A stretch of DNA of 64,000 bases from an uncultured Clostridia bacterium (lineage in GTDB: Bacteria > Bacillota > Clostridia > TANB77 > CAG-508). A model generated the notes under the pieces. That model was not told the origin of the DNA and did no database searches. It was given only the letters and a program-made list of their open reading frames with translations. The DNA is taken from positions 69,923 through 133,922 of the forward strand of contig CAKPNF010000001.1 in the NCBI GenBank assembly GCA_934168305.1, given 5' to 3'. The position numbers were made by a program, and so were the translations under genes. Shown piece by piece: positions 40,916-51,370 of this stretch. Position 1 is the stretch's first letter. Each line of letters starts with the position of its first letter.

Positions 40916-41278
40916 ATGCCTAATAAAAACAATAATAGAATGGGACGTATTGACGAAGAATACAGAAAAGAATTAAGTCAAATTATTGGTTTTGAATTAA
41001 AAAATTCAAGCATTACAGGTATGATAAGTGTTACAAAAGTAAAAGTAACACCAGACTTAAAATATGCAAAAGTATATGTAAGTATATTTAATTCAAAGAA
41101 TATAAAAGATACAATGGAAGGACTTAAAAAATCATCAGGCTTTATAAGAACAGAATTAGCAAAAAGAATTAATTTAAGAAATACACCAGAATTAATATTT
41201 GAAATAGACGATTCAATGGAATATGGAGCAAAAATTGATTCAATATTAAAAGAAATAATGCCAAATGAGATAGACTAA
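40916..41278 (+). CDS. rbfA: ribosome-binding factor A
   Basis: 120 aa. RVGEEIRKELS-like N-terminus. Conserved position after infB. Confidence 0.85.
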   Translation: MPNKNNNRMGRIDEEYRKELSQIIGFELKNSSITGMISVTKVKVTPDLKYAKVYVSIFNSKNIKDTMEGLKKSSGFIRTELAKRINLRNTPELIFEIDDSMEYGAKIDSILKEIMPNEID

Positions 41279-41320
41279 AATGTCTCATTTGACAAATTTC
41301 GACAAAAATGTGAGACAAAT

Positions 41321-42314
41321 TTGGACTGTCCCAAATGTCTCAGAAGGGATAAAAATATGACTTTAGATAATATATTAGAAGAAATAAAAAAAGCTGAAAC
41401 AATTGTAATAATGGCACACGAAACACCAGATGGAGATGCGATAGGAAGTTGTTTAGCAATGAAAGTTGCATTAAAACAGTTAGGAAAGAATGCTGATGTA
41501 ATAATAAGAGAAGTTCCAAAAATATTTGATTTCTTACCATATAGAGATGAAATAAAATCTGATTCAGATATTAAAAAATATGATTTAGCAATAAGTTTAG
41601 ATTGTGCAGATTTTAAAAGATTAGTAGGAAGTGAATATTTTGAAAATGCAAAACAAACTATAGTAATAGACCATCATGGAAGTAATAAAATGTATGGTGA
41701 AATCAATTTTGTAAATCCTGTTGCACCAGCATGTTGCCAAATATTGATTGGTATGTTTCAATATTTTAATATAAACATAGATAAAGAATTAGGAACATGC
41801 ATATTAACTGGAATAATTACAGATACAGGTGGATTTAGATATTCAGGAGTAACACCAGAAACATTTGAATTTACAGCAGATTTACTACAAAAAGGAGTAA
41901 ATGTATCAGATATATATAAAAGAGCTTTAGAAACAAAAACAAAAGCTAATTTTGAATTAATGAAAAAAACAATTGACAGAATGGAGTTCTTGGAAGATGG
42001 AAAAGTTACATTTACATATATAACAAATGAAGATTTAGAAGAAGTAAATGCCCGGAATAGGTGACCATGAAGGTTTAGTTGAAACAGGTAGAGATATTGA
42101 AGGTGTTGAAGTTTCAGTATTTATTAGACAAAAAGAAGAACAAGAAAATTTATATAAAATTTCTATGCGTTCAAATGATTATGTTAATGTTTCAGATGTA
42201 TGCTTAATGTTCGGTGGCGGTGGACATGAAAAAGCAGCAGGAGCTGTTATTCAAGGAGATATTGAAACTGTAAAACAAAAAATTATGAATGAATTAAGAA
42301 AAGCTTTAAAATAA
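41321..42314 (+). CDS. nrnA: bifunctional oligoribonuclease/pAp phosphatase NrnA (DHH-DHHA1), interrupted by an apparent 1-nt frameshift at ~42050-42062
   Basis: The 247-aa ORF (DHH motifs HETPDGDAIGS, DHH) and the 88-aa ORF (DHHA1 GGGH) are in adjacent frames and overlap at GCCCGG. Confidence 0.75.
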
Positions 42315-42322
42315 TATTGTAG

Positions 42323-42436
42323 GAGGGATTAAGGGGCCACCACTCCAAATCCCTTTTAATTTAATTATTATTTTATAGTTATATATATTAATTTAATATA
42401 AAGAAAGGGATTTGGAGTGGTGGCCCCTTAATCCCT
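42323..42436. repeat. palindromic intergenic element, locus 4 (loop variant CCACTCC). Inverted pair around a 49-nt AT spacer.
   Basis: 42323-42355 against 42404-42436 is 32/33 complementary. Fills the nrnA-truB gap. Confidence 0.85.
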
Positions 42437-42448
42437 GAAAGGATATGT

Positions 42449-43324
42449 ATGGACGGAATAATAATAATAAATAAACCAATCGGATGCACATCACATGATA
42501 TAGTATATAAAGTAAAAAAAATGTTTAATGAAAAAGTAGGACATACTGGAACATTAGATCCGATGGCAGAAGGTGTATTACCAATTCTAGTTGGAAAAGG
42601 TACATTACTTTCTAAGTATCTAATAGATCATAATAAAAAATATATAGTTGAATTACAACTTGGAATAAAAACAGATACAGCCGATAGTGAAGGAAAAATA
42701 GTTGAACAAAAAACAGTAAATGAAGAAAAAATATCAAAAGAAAATATTGAAAAAGTATTCCAATCTTTTATAGGAAAGCAAGAGCAAATGCCGCCAATGT
42801 ATTCAGCTATAAAAGTAAATGGAAAAAAATTATATGAATATGCGCGAAAAGGGCAAGAGGTAGAGATAAAACCAAGGCAAATAGAAATCTATAATATAAA
42901 TTTAATTCAATATTCTATAGAAAAAAAACAAATTAAATTTGAAGTATTCTGTGGAAAAGGTACATATATAAGGAGTTTGTGTGAAGATATAGCTCAAAGA
43001 TTTGAAACAGTTGGTTATATGAAAAGTTTAAAAAGAATTCAAGTTGGAGATTTTAAAATAGAAGATAGTATAGCAATTAATCAATTAGAAGAAAATATAC
43101 AAGATAATAACTTTATAAAAGATAAAATTATTTCAATAGAAAAACTATTTAATGAAAAAACAGGTATTAAATTAGATAATAAAAAATTGAAATTATTTCT
43201 AAATGGTGGTAGAATAACTCAAACATTAAATGATGGTATATACAAAATTTATACCGAGAATAAAATTTTTGTAGGAATTGGTGTTGTTGAAAATCAATTA
43301 CTAAAAAGAGATATAATTTTATAA
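42449..43324 (+). CDS. truB: tRNA pseudouridine(55) synthase
   Basis: 291 aa. GHTGTLDPMAEGVLPI catalytic Asp motif. Confidence 0.9.
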   Translation: MDGIIIINKPIGCTSHDIVYKVKKMFNEKVGHTGTLDPMAEGVLPILVGKGTLLSKYLIDHNKKYIVELQLGIKTDTADSEGKIVEQKTVNEEKISKENIEKVFQSFIGKQEQMPPMYSAIKVNGKKLYEYARKGQEVEIKPRQIEIYNINLIQYSIEKKQIKFEVFCGKGTYIRSLCEDIAQRFETVGYMKSLKRIQVGDFKIEDSIAINQLEENIQDNNFIKDKIISIEKLFNEKTGIKLDNKKLKLFLNGGRITQTLNDGIYKIYTENKIFVGIGVVENQLLKRDIIL

Positions 43325-43384
43325 AAAGAAACATAAATATTAAAACATTTCATATACTTAAGTAAAAGTATGTGAGGTGTTTTA

Positions 43385-44224
43385 ATGTTTTATATAGAAA
43401 AAAATGACAAGCCTAATTGGATAGAGAAAAAATTGAATTTGATTAAAATACAAGACAATACAATTTTATTGCCAATTACAAAAGAAATTGGCAATAAAAA
43501 AATAGAAATATTAGCACAAAAAACAAGAAAATCGATTCAAAAATATTCTAATAGTAAAAAAATAGTTTTAAGTAAAGAAATGTATAATGAAAAAATATAC
43601 TTAAATTATTTAAACACATATGGGTTAGAAATCCAAGATGGAAGATGGTTATTTGAAATATTGTTACCTGATACAGTAGAATACATAATAGATAAGAAAA
43701 AAATAGAAAAAACAAATATATCAATAATGATAAATGATTTAACCGATATTGAATTAGAAAACATCAAAATTCTTGCAAAAAAATATAAAAATATAAACAT
43801 AGTAACAAATCATATTGAGAAATTCAGAAAATTAGAAAAACAATTAGATGAAAATGAAGGAATAATAATAACAATAACAAACAATAAAAAGAAAAGCCTA
43901 ATGAAATCACAAATTATTTTAAACATTGATTTTCCACAAGAATTAATCAATAAATACAACATATATGATGATGCAGTAATTGTAAATTTAAAAGGAAATA
44001 TTAAAATCAATAAAAAAAGATTTAATGGACTAAATATAAATAATTATGAAATAAACTTTAGATTTGATAAGCAAAACAATAAAGCACTAAATAATAAATA
44101 TTATTTAAAAGATTTGTATCAGTCTGAGTTATATAAAAGGCAAAGAATAAGTGAAATAAAAAAACAAATAAAAAATGATAAAGTAGTTATTAAAAATCTT
44201 ATAATAAATAATGGAGAATTATAA
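43385..44224 (+). CDS. hypothetical protein (occupies the position where ribF often follows truB)
   Basis: 279 aa, N/K-rich. No FAD synthetase or riboflavin kinase motifs. Confidence 0.3.
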   Translation: MFYIEKNDKPNWIEKKLNLIKIQDNTILLPITKEIGNKKIEILAQKTRKSIQKYSNSKKIVLSKEMYNEKIYLNYLNTYGLEIQDGRWLFEILLPDTVEYIIDKKKIEKTNISIMINDLTDIELENIKILAKKYKNINIVTNHIEKFRKLEKQLDENEGIIITITNNKKKSLMKSQIILNIDFPQELINKYNIYDDAVIVNLKGNIKINKKRFNGLNINNYEINFRFDKQNNKALNNKYYLKDLYQSELYKRQRISEIKKQIKNDKVVIKNLIINNGEL

Positions 44225-44314
44225 TAAAAATTTTATTAAAGTCTTTTTTTTTTATAAAAAATATAATATAATGGATGTATTAAATGCAAAAGATTGGCAA
44301 GGAGGTATAGAAAG

Positions 44315-46861
44315 ATGCCAAATAGTAGTAATAATCATTCAAAAAGAGCAAAAACAAAAAGAACTAATAAAGAAACAAATAAAAACACAGCAACAAAGAA
44401 AAAAAATGTAAAAGAAAAAAACTCAAACAAAAAGAAAAAAGCAAATCAAAAATTTAAATTAATTTTAAAGATTTTACTTATTCTATTTTTGCTGTTATGT
44501 GTAGTAGGAGCTGGAATTATAGCTGCAATGTTCTTTGGTTTGTTTGGAGATGAATTCGAAATAACAAAAGAAGAACTCACAAGCGGATCATCTGATACCG
44601 TTGTATACGATATAGACAATAATGAGATAGCAAGCTTAAGTGCAAAAGAAAAAAGAAAAAAAATATCATTAAGCGAAATGCCTCAGTATTTACCAAAAGC
44701 ATATATTGCAATAGAGGATAAAAGATTTTATTCTCATAGTGGTGTTGATATAAAAAGAACAGCCGGAGCAATACTAGGAGTAGTTACAGGAAAATCTTCA
44801 TACGGTGGAAGTTCAATCACACAACAATTAGTAAAAAACATAACTGATGATAAGCAAAGGTCAGGAATCGCAGGTGTAACTAGAAAATTAAAAGAATGGA
44901 CAAAAGCAATTCAAATAGAAAGAATGATTTCAAAAGATCAAATATTGGAATTATATCTAAACATCATATTTGTAGGGGGACCTGAACTACATGGTGTTGA
45001 GTTAGGTTCAATATATTATTTTAATAAAAATGCAAAAGACTTAGACTTAGCAGAATGTGCGTTTTTAGCAGGAATTAACCATTCACCAAACGCATATAAT
45101 CCATACAATGATAACCTAGACCAAGAAAAAGTTGCAAAATCAACAAAAGACAGAACTTTAACTGTTTTAAAAGAAATGAAAAATCAAGGCTTAATTGAAA
45201 ATGAAGATGAATACAATAATGCAGTTGCTAAAGTAGAATCAGGATTAAAATTTGAAAAAGGAAATACAGGTGGACAATATCAATATTCATATCACACAGA
45301 AGCAGCAATCGAACAAATAGTAGAACAAGTAATGGAAGAAAAAGGTGTAAGCAAATCATTTGCTGAAGATTATGTTTATGGTAGCGGGTTAAAAATATAC
45401 ACTACTCAAAATTCAACAATTCAATCTAGAGTGGAAGAAGAATTTGCAAAAACAAAATATCAAATATCAGGTAGAGAAAAAAATAGTGAAACAGGAAAGT
45501 TAAAAAATGATCATACACAATCTGCTATTGTTATAATAGATAATTCAACATCGCAAGTAGTTGCAGTTGGAGGAGAGTTAGGAAATAATTTAGCAACAGG
45601 AATGAACAGAGCAACTGATGCTGTGAGACAAACTGGTTCATCTATGAAGCCTTTAGCTGATGTAGTACCAGGATTGCAAGAAAAAATAATAACAGCAGCA
45701 ACAGTATATGATGATAAAAAGACAAATTTTGGTGGAACTTATGAACCAGGAAACTATAATAATGAAAAAGGTTTAATAAACATTAGAAGTTGTATAAGAA
45801 CATCTCAAAATATACCAATGGTTAAGATAATGGCAGAATTAACACCTAAGAAATCAGTTGAATATTTAGAAAAAATGGGAATAACAACATTGGGAAATGA
45901 GACTTTACCATTAGCAATTGGTGGAATGAATATAGGAATTACACCATTAGAGATGGCTGGTGCTTATGCAGCAATAGCAAATGATGGAGTCTATACAAAA
46001 CCTACATTTTATACAAAAGTTGTAGATAATAATGGAAATACAGTTTTAACACCAAACCAGCCAAAAACAAAAGTTATATCAGAACAAAACGCCTATATAT
46101 CAAGGTCAATAATGAAAGAACCAACTTTATCTGGAGGAACTGCAACATACTGTTCAATATCTGGAATGGAAACATGTGCAAAAACAGGTTCAACAGATAG
46201 TTATAAAGATAGATGGTTATGTGGTATGACACCATATTATACAGCAGCTTGTTGGTGGGGATTTGATACACCAGAACCATTAACATATGCAAATGGAAGT
46301 GTTTATAGTGTAGATGGAAGAAACCCAGCCGGACAAATGTGGGCTTCAATTATGAAAGATATACACAAAGGGTTAACAAATAAAAATTTCAACAAACCAA
46401 CATCCGGATTAACACAAGCAAGTGTATGTAAAATTACTGGATGTTTAGCTACAAATTCTTGTACAGATAAATATACAGAGATATTCACAACAGATAATTT
46501 ACCACAAAAATGTGAAGGACACGGAACTCAAAGAATATGTCAAGTGTCTGGAAAAGTTGCAAATGAATATTGTCCAGCAGAAAGTGTAAAAGATGTAGCA
46601 TATGGTGGAACAATTCCAAAAGAAAAATTAGGACTATGGAAAACTCTAAATCCATCAAAAACAGGAAATGAACAAATAACAGAAACATGTACAGTTCATA
46701 AAAAAACTGAAGAAAAACCAATAACAAATATAGAAACTAACAATACGAATAATAGTAAAACAAACACAGTAACAAACGACGTAATAGATGATAACAAAAC
46801 AAATACTGTAACAAACAGTACAACTGATGATGATACAGTTGAAAACAAAACAGAAAATTAA
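44315..46861 (+). CDS. penicillin-binding protein 1A (bifunctional transglycosylase/transpeptidase) with Cys-rich and Thr/Asn-rich C-terminal tail
   Basis: Start at ATG 44315 after AAGGAGG. GT51 motifs (EDKRFYSHSGVD, RKLKEW). Transpeptidase SxxK (TGSSMKP), SxN, KTGS. Confidence 0.9.
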   Translation: MPNSSNNHSKRAKTKRTNKETNKNTATKKKNVKEKNSNKKKKANQKFKLILKILLILFLLLCVVGAGIIAAMFFGLFGDEFEITKEELTSGSSDTVVYDIDNNEIASLSAKEKRKKISLSEMPQYLPKAYIAIEDKRFYSHSGVDIKRTAGAILGVVTGKSSYGGSSITQQLVKNITDDKQRSGIAGVTRKLKEWTKAIQIERMISKDQILELYLNIIFVGGPELHGVELGSIYYFNKNAKDLDLAECAFLAGINHSPNAYNPYNDNLDQEKVAKSTKDRTLTVLKEMKNQGLIENEDEYNNAVAKVESGLKFEKGNTGGQYQYSYHTEAAIEQIVEQVMEEKGVSKSFAEDYVYGSGLKIYTTQNSTIQSRVEEEFAKTKYQISGREKNSETGKLKNDHTQSAIVIIDNSTSQVVAVGGELGNNLATGMNRATDAVRQTGSSMKPLADVVPGLQEKIITAATVYDDKKTNFGGTYEPGNYNNEKGLINIRSCIRTSQNIPMVKIMAELTPKKSVEYLEKMGITTLGNETLPLAIGGMNIGITPLEMAGAYAAIANDGVYTKPTFYTKVVDNNGNTVLTPNQPKTKVISEQNAYISRSIMKEPTLSGGTATYCSISGMETCAKTGSTDSYKDRWLCGMTPYYTAACWWGFDTPEPLTYANGSVYSVDGRNPAGQMWASIMKDIHKGLTNKNFNKPTSGLTQASVCKITGCLATNSCTDKYTEIFTTDNLPQKCEGHGTQRICQVSGKVANEYCPAESVKDVAYGGTIPKEKLGLWKTLNPSKTGNEQITETCTVHKKTEEKPITNIETNNTNNSKTNTVTNDVIDDNKTNTVTNSTTDDDTVENKTEN

Positions 46862-46916
46862 AAATTAAGACACTTTAAAAATTGAAGTGTCTTAAACAAA
46901 ATGCAAGGGGGGAAAA

Positions 46917-48317
46917 ATGGATATATATTTTTATAATACATTAACAAGAAAAAAGGACAAATTTAAACCAATTAATCCAAAAGAAGTACGAATATATTCA
47001 TGCGGACCAACAGTTTATAAAGATGCTACAATAGGAAATATGAGAACAAACATATTTCAAGATGTCTTAAGAAGAGTATTAAGATATAATGGGTACAAAA
47101 TAAAACACGCAATGAATATAACTGATGTTGGGCATTTAGTATCAGATGGTGATGAAGGTGAGGACAAGATGCTCAAATCAGCAAGAGAAGAACACAAAAC
47201 GCCATTACAAATAGCAGAATATTATACAAAATTATTTTTTAATGATTTAGCAAGTTTAAACATAGAAACACCTGAAATAGTATGTAAAGCAACAGAACAT
47301 ATAAAAGAAATGCTTGAATATGTTGAAAAATTAATAGAAAATGGATATGCATATGAAACATCAACAGCAATATATTTTGATATTTCTAAATTAGATAAAT
47401 ATCCAATATTATCAAATTTAGAAGTTGAAAAACAAAAAGCAGGAGCAAGAGTAGAAGTAGATTCAGAAAAAAGAAATCCAGCAGACTTTGCACTTTGGAT
47501 AAAAGCACCAGAAAATCATTTAATGAAATGGGATAGTCCTTGGGGACCAAGTTATCCAGGATGGCATATAGAATGTTCTGCAATGGGTCAAAAATACTTA
47601 GGTGACCAATTTGATATACATACAGGCGGAATAGATTTAATACCAACACACCATGAAAATGAAATTGCACAAAGCAAAGGAAAATGTGGTAAAATACCTG
47701 CAAATTATTGGATGCATGGAGAATATTTACTAATTAATGGTGGAAAAATGTCAAAATCTTTAGGAAACGTATATTTAGTTAAAGACATAAAAGAAAAAGG
47801 ATATGACCCAATAGTATACAAATTATTTAGTTATTCTTGCCATTACAGGAACAAATTGAACTTTACATGGGAAGGAATAGATGCAGCATCAAAATCACTA
47901 GAAAGATTACGTAACAGTTATCAAATAAACTTGAATGGAACAGATGAATTAACAGCAGAAGATAAGGAAAAATTAGCACAAATAGAAGAAAACTTCCATA
48001 AAGCAATAAATGATGATTTAAACATGCCACTTGCAATGAGCTTTGTTTGGGAGGCAGCTAGATTCGAAAAGAAGAATCCAGAGGTTGCAAAATTACTTGC
48101 ACAATTTGACACAGTTCTTGGAATTAAAATTGACGAAGTAAATACAGAAAAAGGGGAAATTCCACAAGAGATATTAGATTTAGTAGAACAAAGAAAAATT
48201 GCAAGAGAAAATAAAGATTGGGCTAAATCAGATGAATTAAGAGACTTGATTAATGAAAAAGGATATGTAGTAAAAGATACAAAAAATGGAGCTGAAATTA
48301 ATAAAGTTAGTAAATAA
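46917..48317 (+). CDS. cysS: cysteine--tRNA ligase
   Basis: 466 aa. KMSKS present. The HIGH-equivalent reads TIGN (Firmicute enzymes usually have HIGN). Zn-binding Cys present. Confidence 0.9.
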   Translation: MDIYFYNTLTRKKDKFKPINPKEVRIYSCGPTVYKDATIGNMRTNIFQDVLRRVLRYNGYKIKHAMNITDVGHLVSDGDEGEDKMLKSAREEHKTPLQIAEYYTKLFFNDLASLNIETPEIVCKATEHIKEMLEYVEKLIENGYAYETSTAIYFDISKLDKYPILSNLEVEKQKAGARVEVDSEKRNPADFALWIKAPENHLMKWDSPWGPSYPGWHIECSAMGQKYLGDQFDIHTGGIDLIPTHHENEIAQSKGKCGKIPANYWMHGEYLLINGGKMSKSLGNVYLVKDIKEKGYDPIVYKLFSYSCHYRNKLNFTWEGIDAASKSLERLRNSYQINLNGTDELTAEDKEKLAQIEENFHKAINDDLNMPLAMSFVWEAARFEKKNPEVAKLLAQFDTVLGIKIDEVNTEKGEIPQEILDLVEQRKIARENKDWAKSDELRDLINEKGYVVKDTKNGAEINKVSK

Positions 48318-48327
48318 GGTGAAATAA

Positions 48328-48876
48328 ATGAAAAAAATTCAATATGGTAAAGACGAAAAAACTGTATATAATAATGAAGTAAATAAAGTAAGAGCAATTG
48401 TATTAAATCAAAATGGAAGAGCTTTAATTGTTAAGTATGCCGGATTATATATGTTACCAGGTGGGAGAGTTGATAATGGAGAGCAACCATTAGAAGCATT
48501 AAAAAGAGAAATATTAGAAGAATCAGGAATTGAAATTAATATTAATGAAGTAAAAGAATTTTTACAAATAGATAGTTATAATGAAAAATATTATAGCAGA
48601 AAATATAAAGAACTCATAAGTAGAGTTACACATACTAAAATTTATTTTGTTGAAACAGATCAAGATATAAACGAACAAAAGAAGAAATTGACACCAAGTG
48701 AAATTGAAAAAAATCATAGAATAAGCTTTGAAAATCTATCAATAATTCCATATTTAGTACAAACAAATCAAAGTGATAATATTAAGAAAATTGAATTTGA
48801 TAGAGAAATATTGACTGCATTAAAAGAGTTTGCTATACACAGAAATATAGAAGAAAACAAGTGTAAAGAAAAATAA
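48328..48876 (+). CDS. NUDIX hydrolase
   Basis: Nudix box GGRVDNGEQPLEALKREILEESG. Confidence 0.8.
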   Translation: MKKIQYGKDEKTVYNNEVNKVRAIVLNQNGRALIVKYAGLYMLPGGRVDNGEQPLEALKREILEESGIEININEVKEFLQIDSYNEKYYSRKYKELISRVTHTKIYFVETDQDINEQKKKLTPSEIEKNHRISFENLSIIPYLVQTNQSDNIKKIEFDREILTALKEFAIHRNIEENKCKEK

Positions 48877-48914
48877 ATATGAACTAATTTTTTAGAAATT
48901 AAGGAGGAATAAAA

Positions 48915-49943
48915 ATGGCAATATTATTACCAGGAGGAGCAGGATTTATAGGAAGTCATACTGCTGTAGAATTATTAAATAAAGGAAAAGAAATAGTCAT
49001 AATAGACAACTTCTCAAACAGTACACCAAAAGCATTAGAAGCAATAAAAAAAATAACAGGAAAAGATTTTAAATTTTATGAAATGGATTATCTAGACAGA
49101 GAAAAATTAGAAAAAGTATTTGAAGAAAATAATATAGAAGCAGTAATGAACTTTGCAGGGTACAAAGCAGTTGGAGAATCAGTAAAAGAGCCATTAAAAT
49201 ACTATTATAATAACGTATCAGGCGCTATCATTTTATTAGAAACAATGAAAAAATATAATGTTAAAAAATTTGTTTTTAGTTCATCAGCAACAATCTATGG
49301 TGACCCAGGAAATCCAAAATATATTGAAGAATTTGGAAGAGGAAAAACAACAAATCCATATGGAACAACAAAGTCAATGATTGAACAAATTTTAGAAGAT
49401 TTATATAATTCAGACAATAATTGGGATATTGCAATTCTAAGATATTTCAATCCTGTAGGTGCACATGAAAGCGGTTTAATAGGAGAAGAACCACAAGGAA
49501 TTCCAAATAACTTAATGCCATTTATAATGAAAGTAGCAAATAAAGAATTAGATCACTTAAATATATTTGGAAATGACTACGAAGGAACCAAAGACGGAAC
49601 CGGTGCAAGAGACTATTTACATGTTGTTGATTTAGCTATAGGACATGTAAAAGCCTTAGAAAAATTAGACAAAGAACAACAAGGAATATATATTTATAAT
49701 TTAGGTACAGGGACAGCGTATACAGTCCTAGAAATGGTTGAAACATTTAAAAAAGTAAATAATATAGATGTACCTTATAAAATCACATCAAGGAGAGATG
49801 GAGATTTAGCAGTATATTATGCAGATCCTACAAAAGCAAAAAATGAATTAGGATGGACAGCAACTAGAACATTAGAAGATATGTGTAGAGACAGTTGGAA
49901 TTATATAAAAAATTCATCTAAAGGTGAAAAAAATGATATATGA
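48915..49943 (+). CDS. galE: UDP-glucose 4-epimerase
   Basis: 342 aa. GGAGFIGSH Rossmann motif. YxxxK. GalE-like C-terminus. Confidence 0.9.
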   Translation: MAILLPGGAGFIGSHTAVELLNKGKEIVIIDNFSNSTPKALEAIKKITGKDFKFYEMDYLDREKLEKVFEENNIEAVMNFAGYKAVGESVKEPLKYYYNNVSGAIILLETMKKYNVKKFVFSSSATIYGDPGNPKYIEEFGRGKTTNPYGTTKSMIEQILEDLYNSDNNWDIAILRYFNPVGAHESGLIGEEPQGIPNNLMPFIMKVANKELDHLNIFGNDYEGTKDGTGARDYLHVVDLAIGHVKALEKLDKEQQGIYIYNLGTGTAYTVLEMVETFKKVNNIDVPYKITSRRDGDLAVYYADPTKAKNELGWTATRTLEDMCRDSWNYIKNSSKGEKNDI

Positions 49944-50343
49944 GTTTGAAGTACCAGGAAAAGTAATAGGAAAAGGAAGACCAAGATTAAATACTTACTC
50001 AGGTATTGTATATACACCAACAAAAACAAAAGATTATGAAACACTTGTAGAACAATATTTTTTATTAAAGTACCCAAAATTTAAAGTATTTGAAGGTCGA
50101 GTAAAAGTAAGTATTATTGCATACTTTGCTATTCCAAAAGTAACAAAAAAATCAGATATAAATGAAATGTTAGATAATAATATTAGTCCAACAAAAAAAC
50201 CTGACATAGACAACATAGTAAAAGTAGTTTTAGATAGCATGAATAAATTTGCGTTTAAAGATGATAATCAAATTACTAAATTAGAAGTAGAAAAAAAGTA
50301 TTCAATTGAAGACAAAATATATATAAAAATTGAAGAATATTAA
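49924..50343 (+). CDS. rusA: RusA family crossover junction endodeoxyribonuclease (orphan, prophage-type)
   Basis: 139 aa. GKGRPR...YTPTKTKDYE and DIDNIVK RusA motifs. Overlaps galE by 20 nt. Confidence 0.6.
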   Translation: MKKMIYEFEVPGKVIGKGRPRLNTYSGIVYTPTKTKDYETLVEQYFLLKYPKFKVFEGRVKVSIIAYFAIPKVTKKSDINEMLDNNISPTKKPDIDNIVKVVLDSMNKFAFKDDNQITKLEVEKKYSIEDKIYIKIEEY

Positions 50344-50362
50344 TAATTTAATAAATAACTAA

Positions 50363-50401
50363 AAAACATATTTGTAATATAATATACAGATATGTTTTTT
50401 T
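50363..50401 (+). terminator. rho-independent terminator after rusA
   Basis: Stem AAAACATAT/ATATGTTTT followed by TTTTTTT. Confidence 0.6.
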
Positions 50402-50588
50402 ACATTTATAAAATAAAAAAAGTTATTAATATTAAAAAGAAAACGATATTTAAAGTAAGTGGGGCAATATTAAAAGTTCAAAATACGGGAAAGTTTATGT
50501 TCAAATATTTATAGGAAAATAAATATTAACTAAGTATATTTTGTCAAAAATATATCCTGAAACATATAATATTACTAAGGGTGATATT

Positions 50589-51161
50589 ATGAAAAATTTT
50601 TTTAAAGGATTATATGAAGATGCAAAAAACATACAAGAAAAAGACCCTGCTTGTAGAAATGTAATTGAAGCAATAATTTTATATCCAGGATTCCATGCAA
50701 TTTTTTTTCACAGAATAGCTCATTATTTATATTGTAAAAAATTATATTTTTTTGCAAGGTTAATATCGCAAATATCAAGACATATTACAGGAATAGAAAT
50801 TCATCCAGGAGCAAAAATAGGAAGAAAACTATTTATAGACCATGGAATGGGAATAGTAATTGGAGAAACAGCAACAATTGGAAATAATTGTACAATATAT
50901 CATAATAGTACATTAGGAGGAACAGGAAAAGATAAGTATAAAAGGCATCCTGACTTAGGGAATAATGTAATGGTCGGGTCTGGAGCAAAAGTTTTAGGTC
51001 CAATAAAAATAGGGGATAATGTAAAAATAGGAGCAAATAGTGTTGTATTAAAAGATATCCCTAATAATGTAACAGTAGTAGGAATACCTCGGAAAAATAA
51101 AATAAATAAAACAAAAAGGATGCAATATTTTAATGCATCCTTCTATTCGTCATATTTATAA
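50589..51161 (+). CDS. cysE: serine O-acetyltransferase
   Basis: Start at ATG 50589 ([13 protein letters not shown]). Hexapeptide repeats [11 protein letters not shown]...[15 protein letters not shown]. Confidence 0.85.
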   Translation: MKNFFKGLYEDAKNIQEKDPACRNVIEAIILYPGFHAIFFHRIAHYLYCKKLYFFARLISQISRHITGIEIHPGAKIGRKLFIDHGMGIVIGETATIGNNCTIYHNSTLGGTGKDKYKRHPDLGNNVMVGSGAKVLGPIKIGDNVKIGANSVVLKDIPNNVTVVGIPRKNKINKTKRMQYFNASFYSSYL

Positions 51162-51307
51162 CTTGAACATTTAGATTCATCAGGTTGTTTTGTATTGCAA
51201 TCCTTTGTTGGAGTAACCATAATTTCATTCAAAGTACAAAGTCCTTCTGATTTTTCGTTATATTTACAACTCTCAACAGTACAAGATATTTTTTGATTTC
51301 CTTCCAT
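51143..51307 (-). CDS. DUF1540-like small Cys-rich protein
   Basis: 54 aa, not in the ORF track. [34 protein letters not shown]. Overlaps the cysE 3' end convergently. Confidence 0.5.
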   Translation of the reverse strand: MEGNQKISCTVESCKYNEKSEGLCTLNEIMVTPTKDCNTKQPDESKCSSYKYDE

Positions 51308-51370
51308 TTTATACCTCCATAATATTATTAAAAAAGTTTAATAATATTATTATGTGTAAATTTGAAATTA

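Noticed and set aside
3719-42436. CRISPR array or integron attC interpretation of the GGGATT..AATCCC elements
   Set aside because: The units occur singly or as inverted pairs, not as direct repeats with spacers. They lack attC R''/R' cores (RYYYAAC / GTTRRRY). No cas or intI genes are present.
46862-46916. T-box or other riboswitch leaders for cysS and cysE
   Set aside because: The cysS leader is only 55 nt. Upstream of cysE (50344-50588) I could not find the T-box core AATTAGGGTGGNACCGCG or a specifier/antiterminator arrangement. It has only a terminator for rusA and AT-rich sequence.
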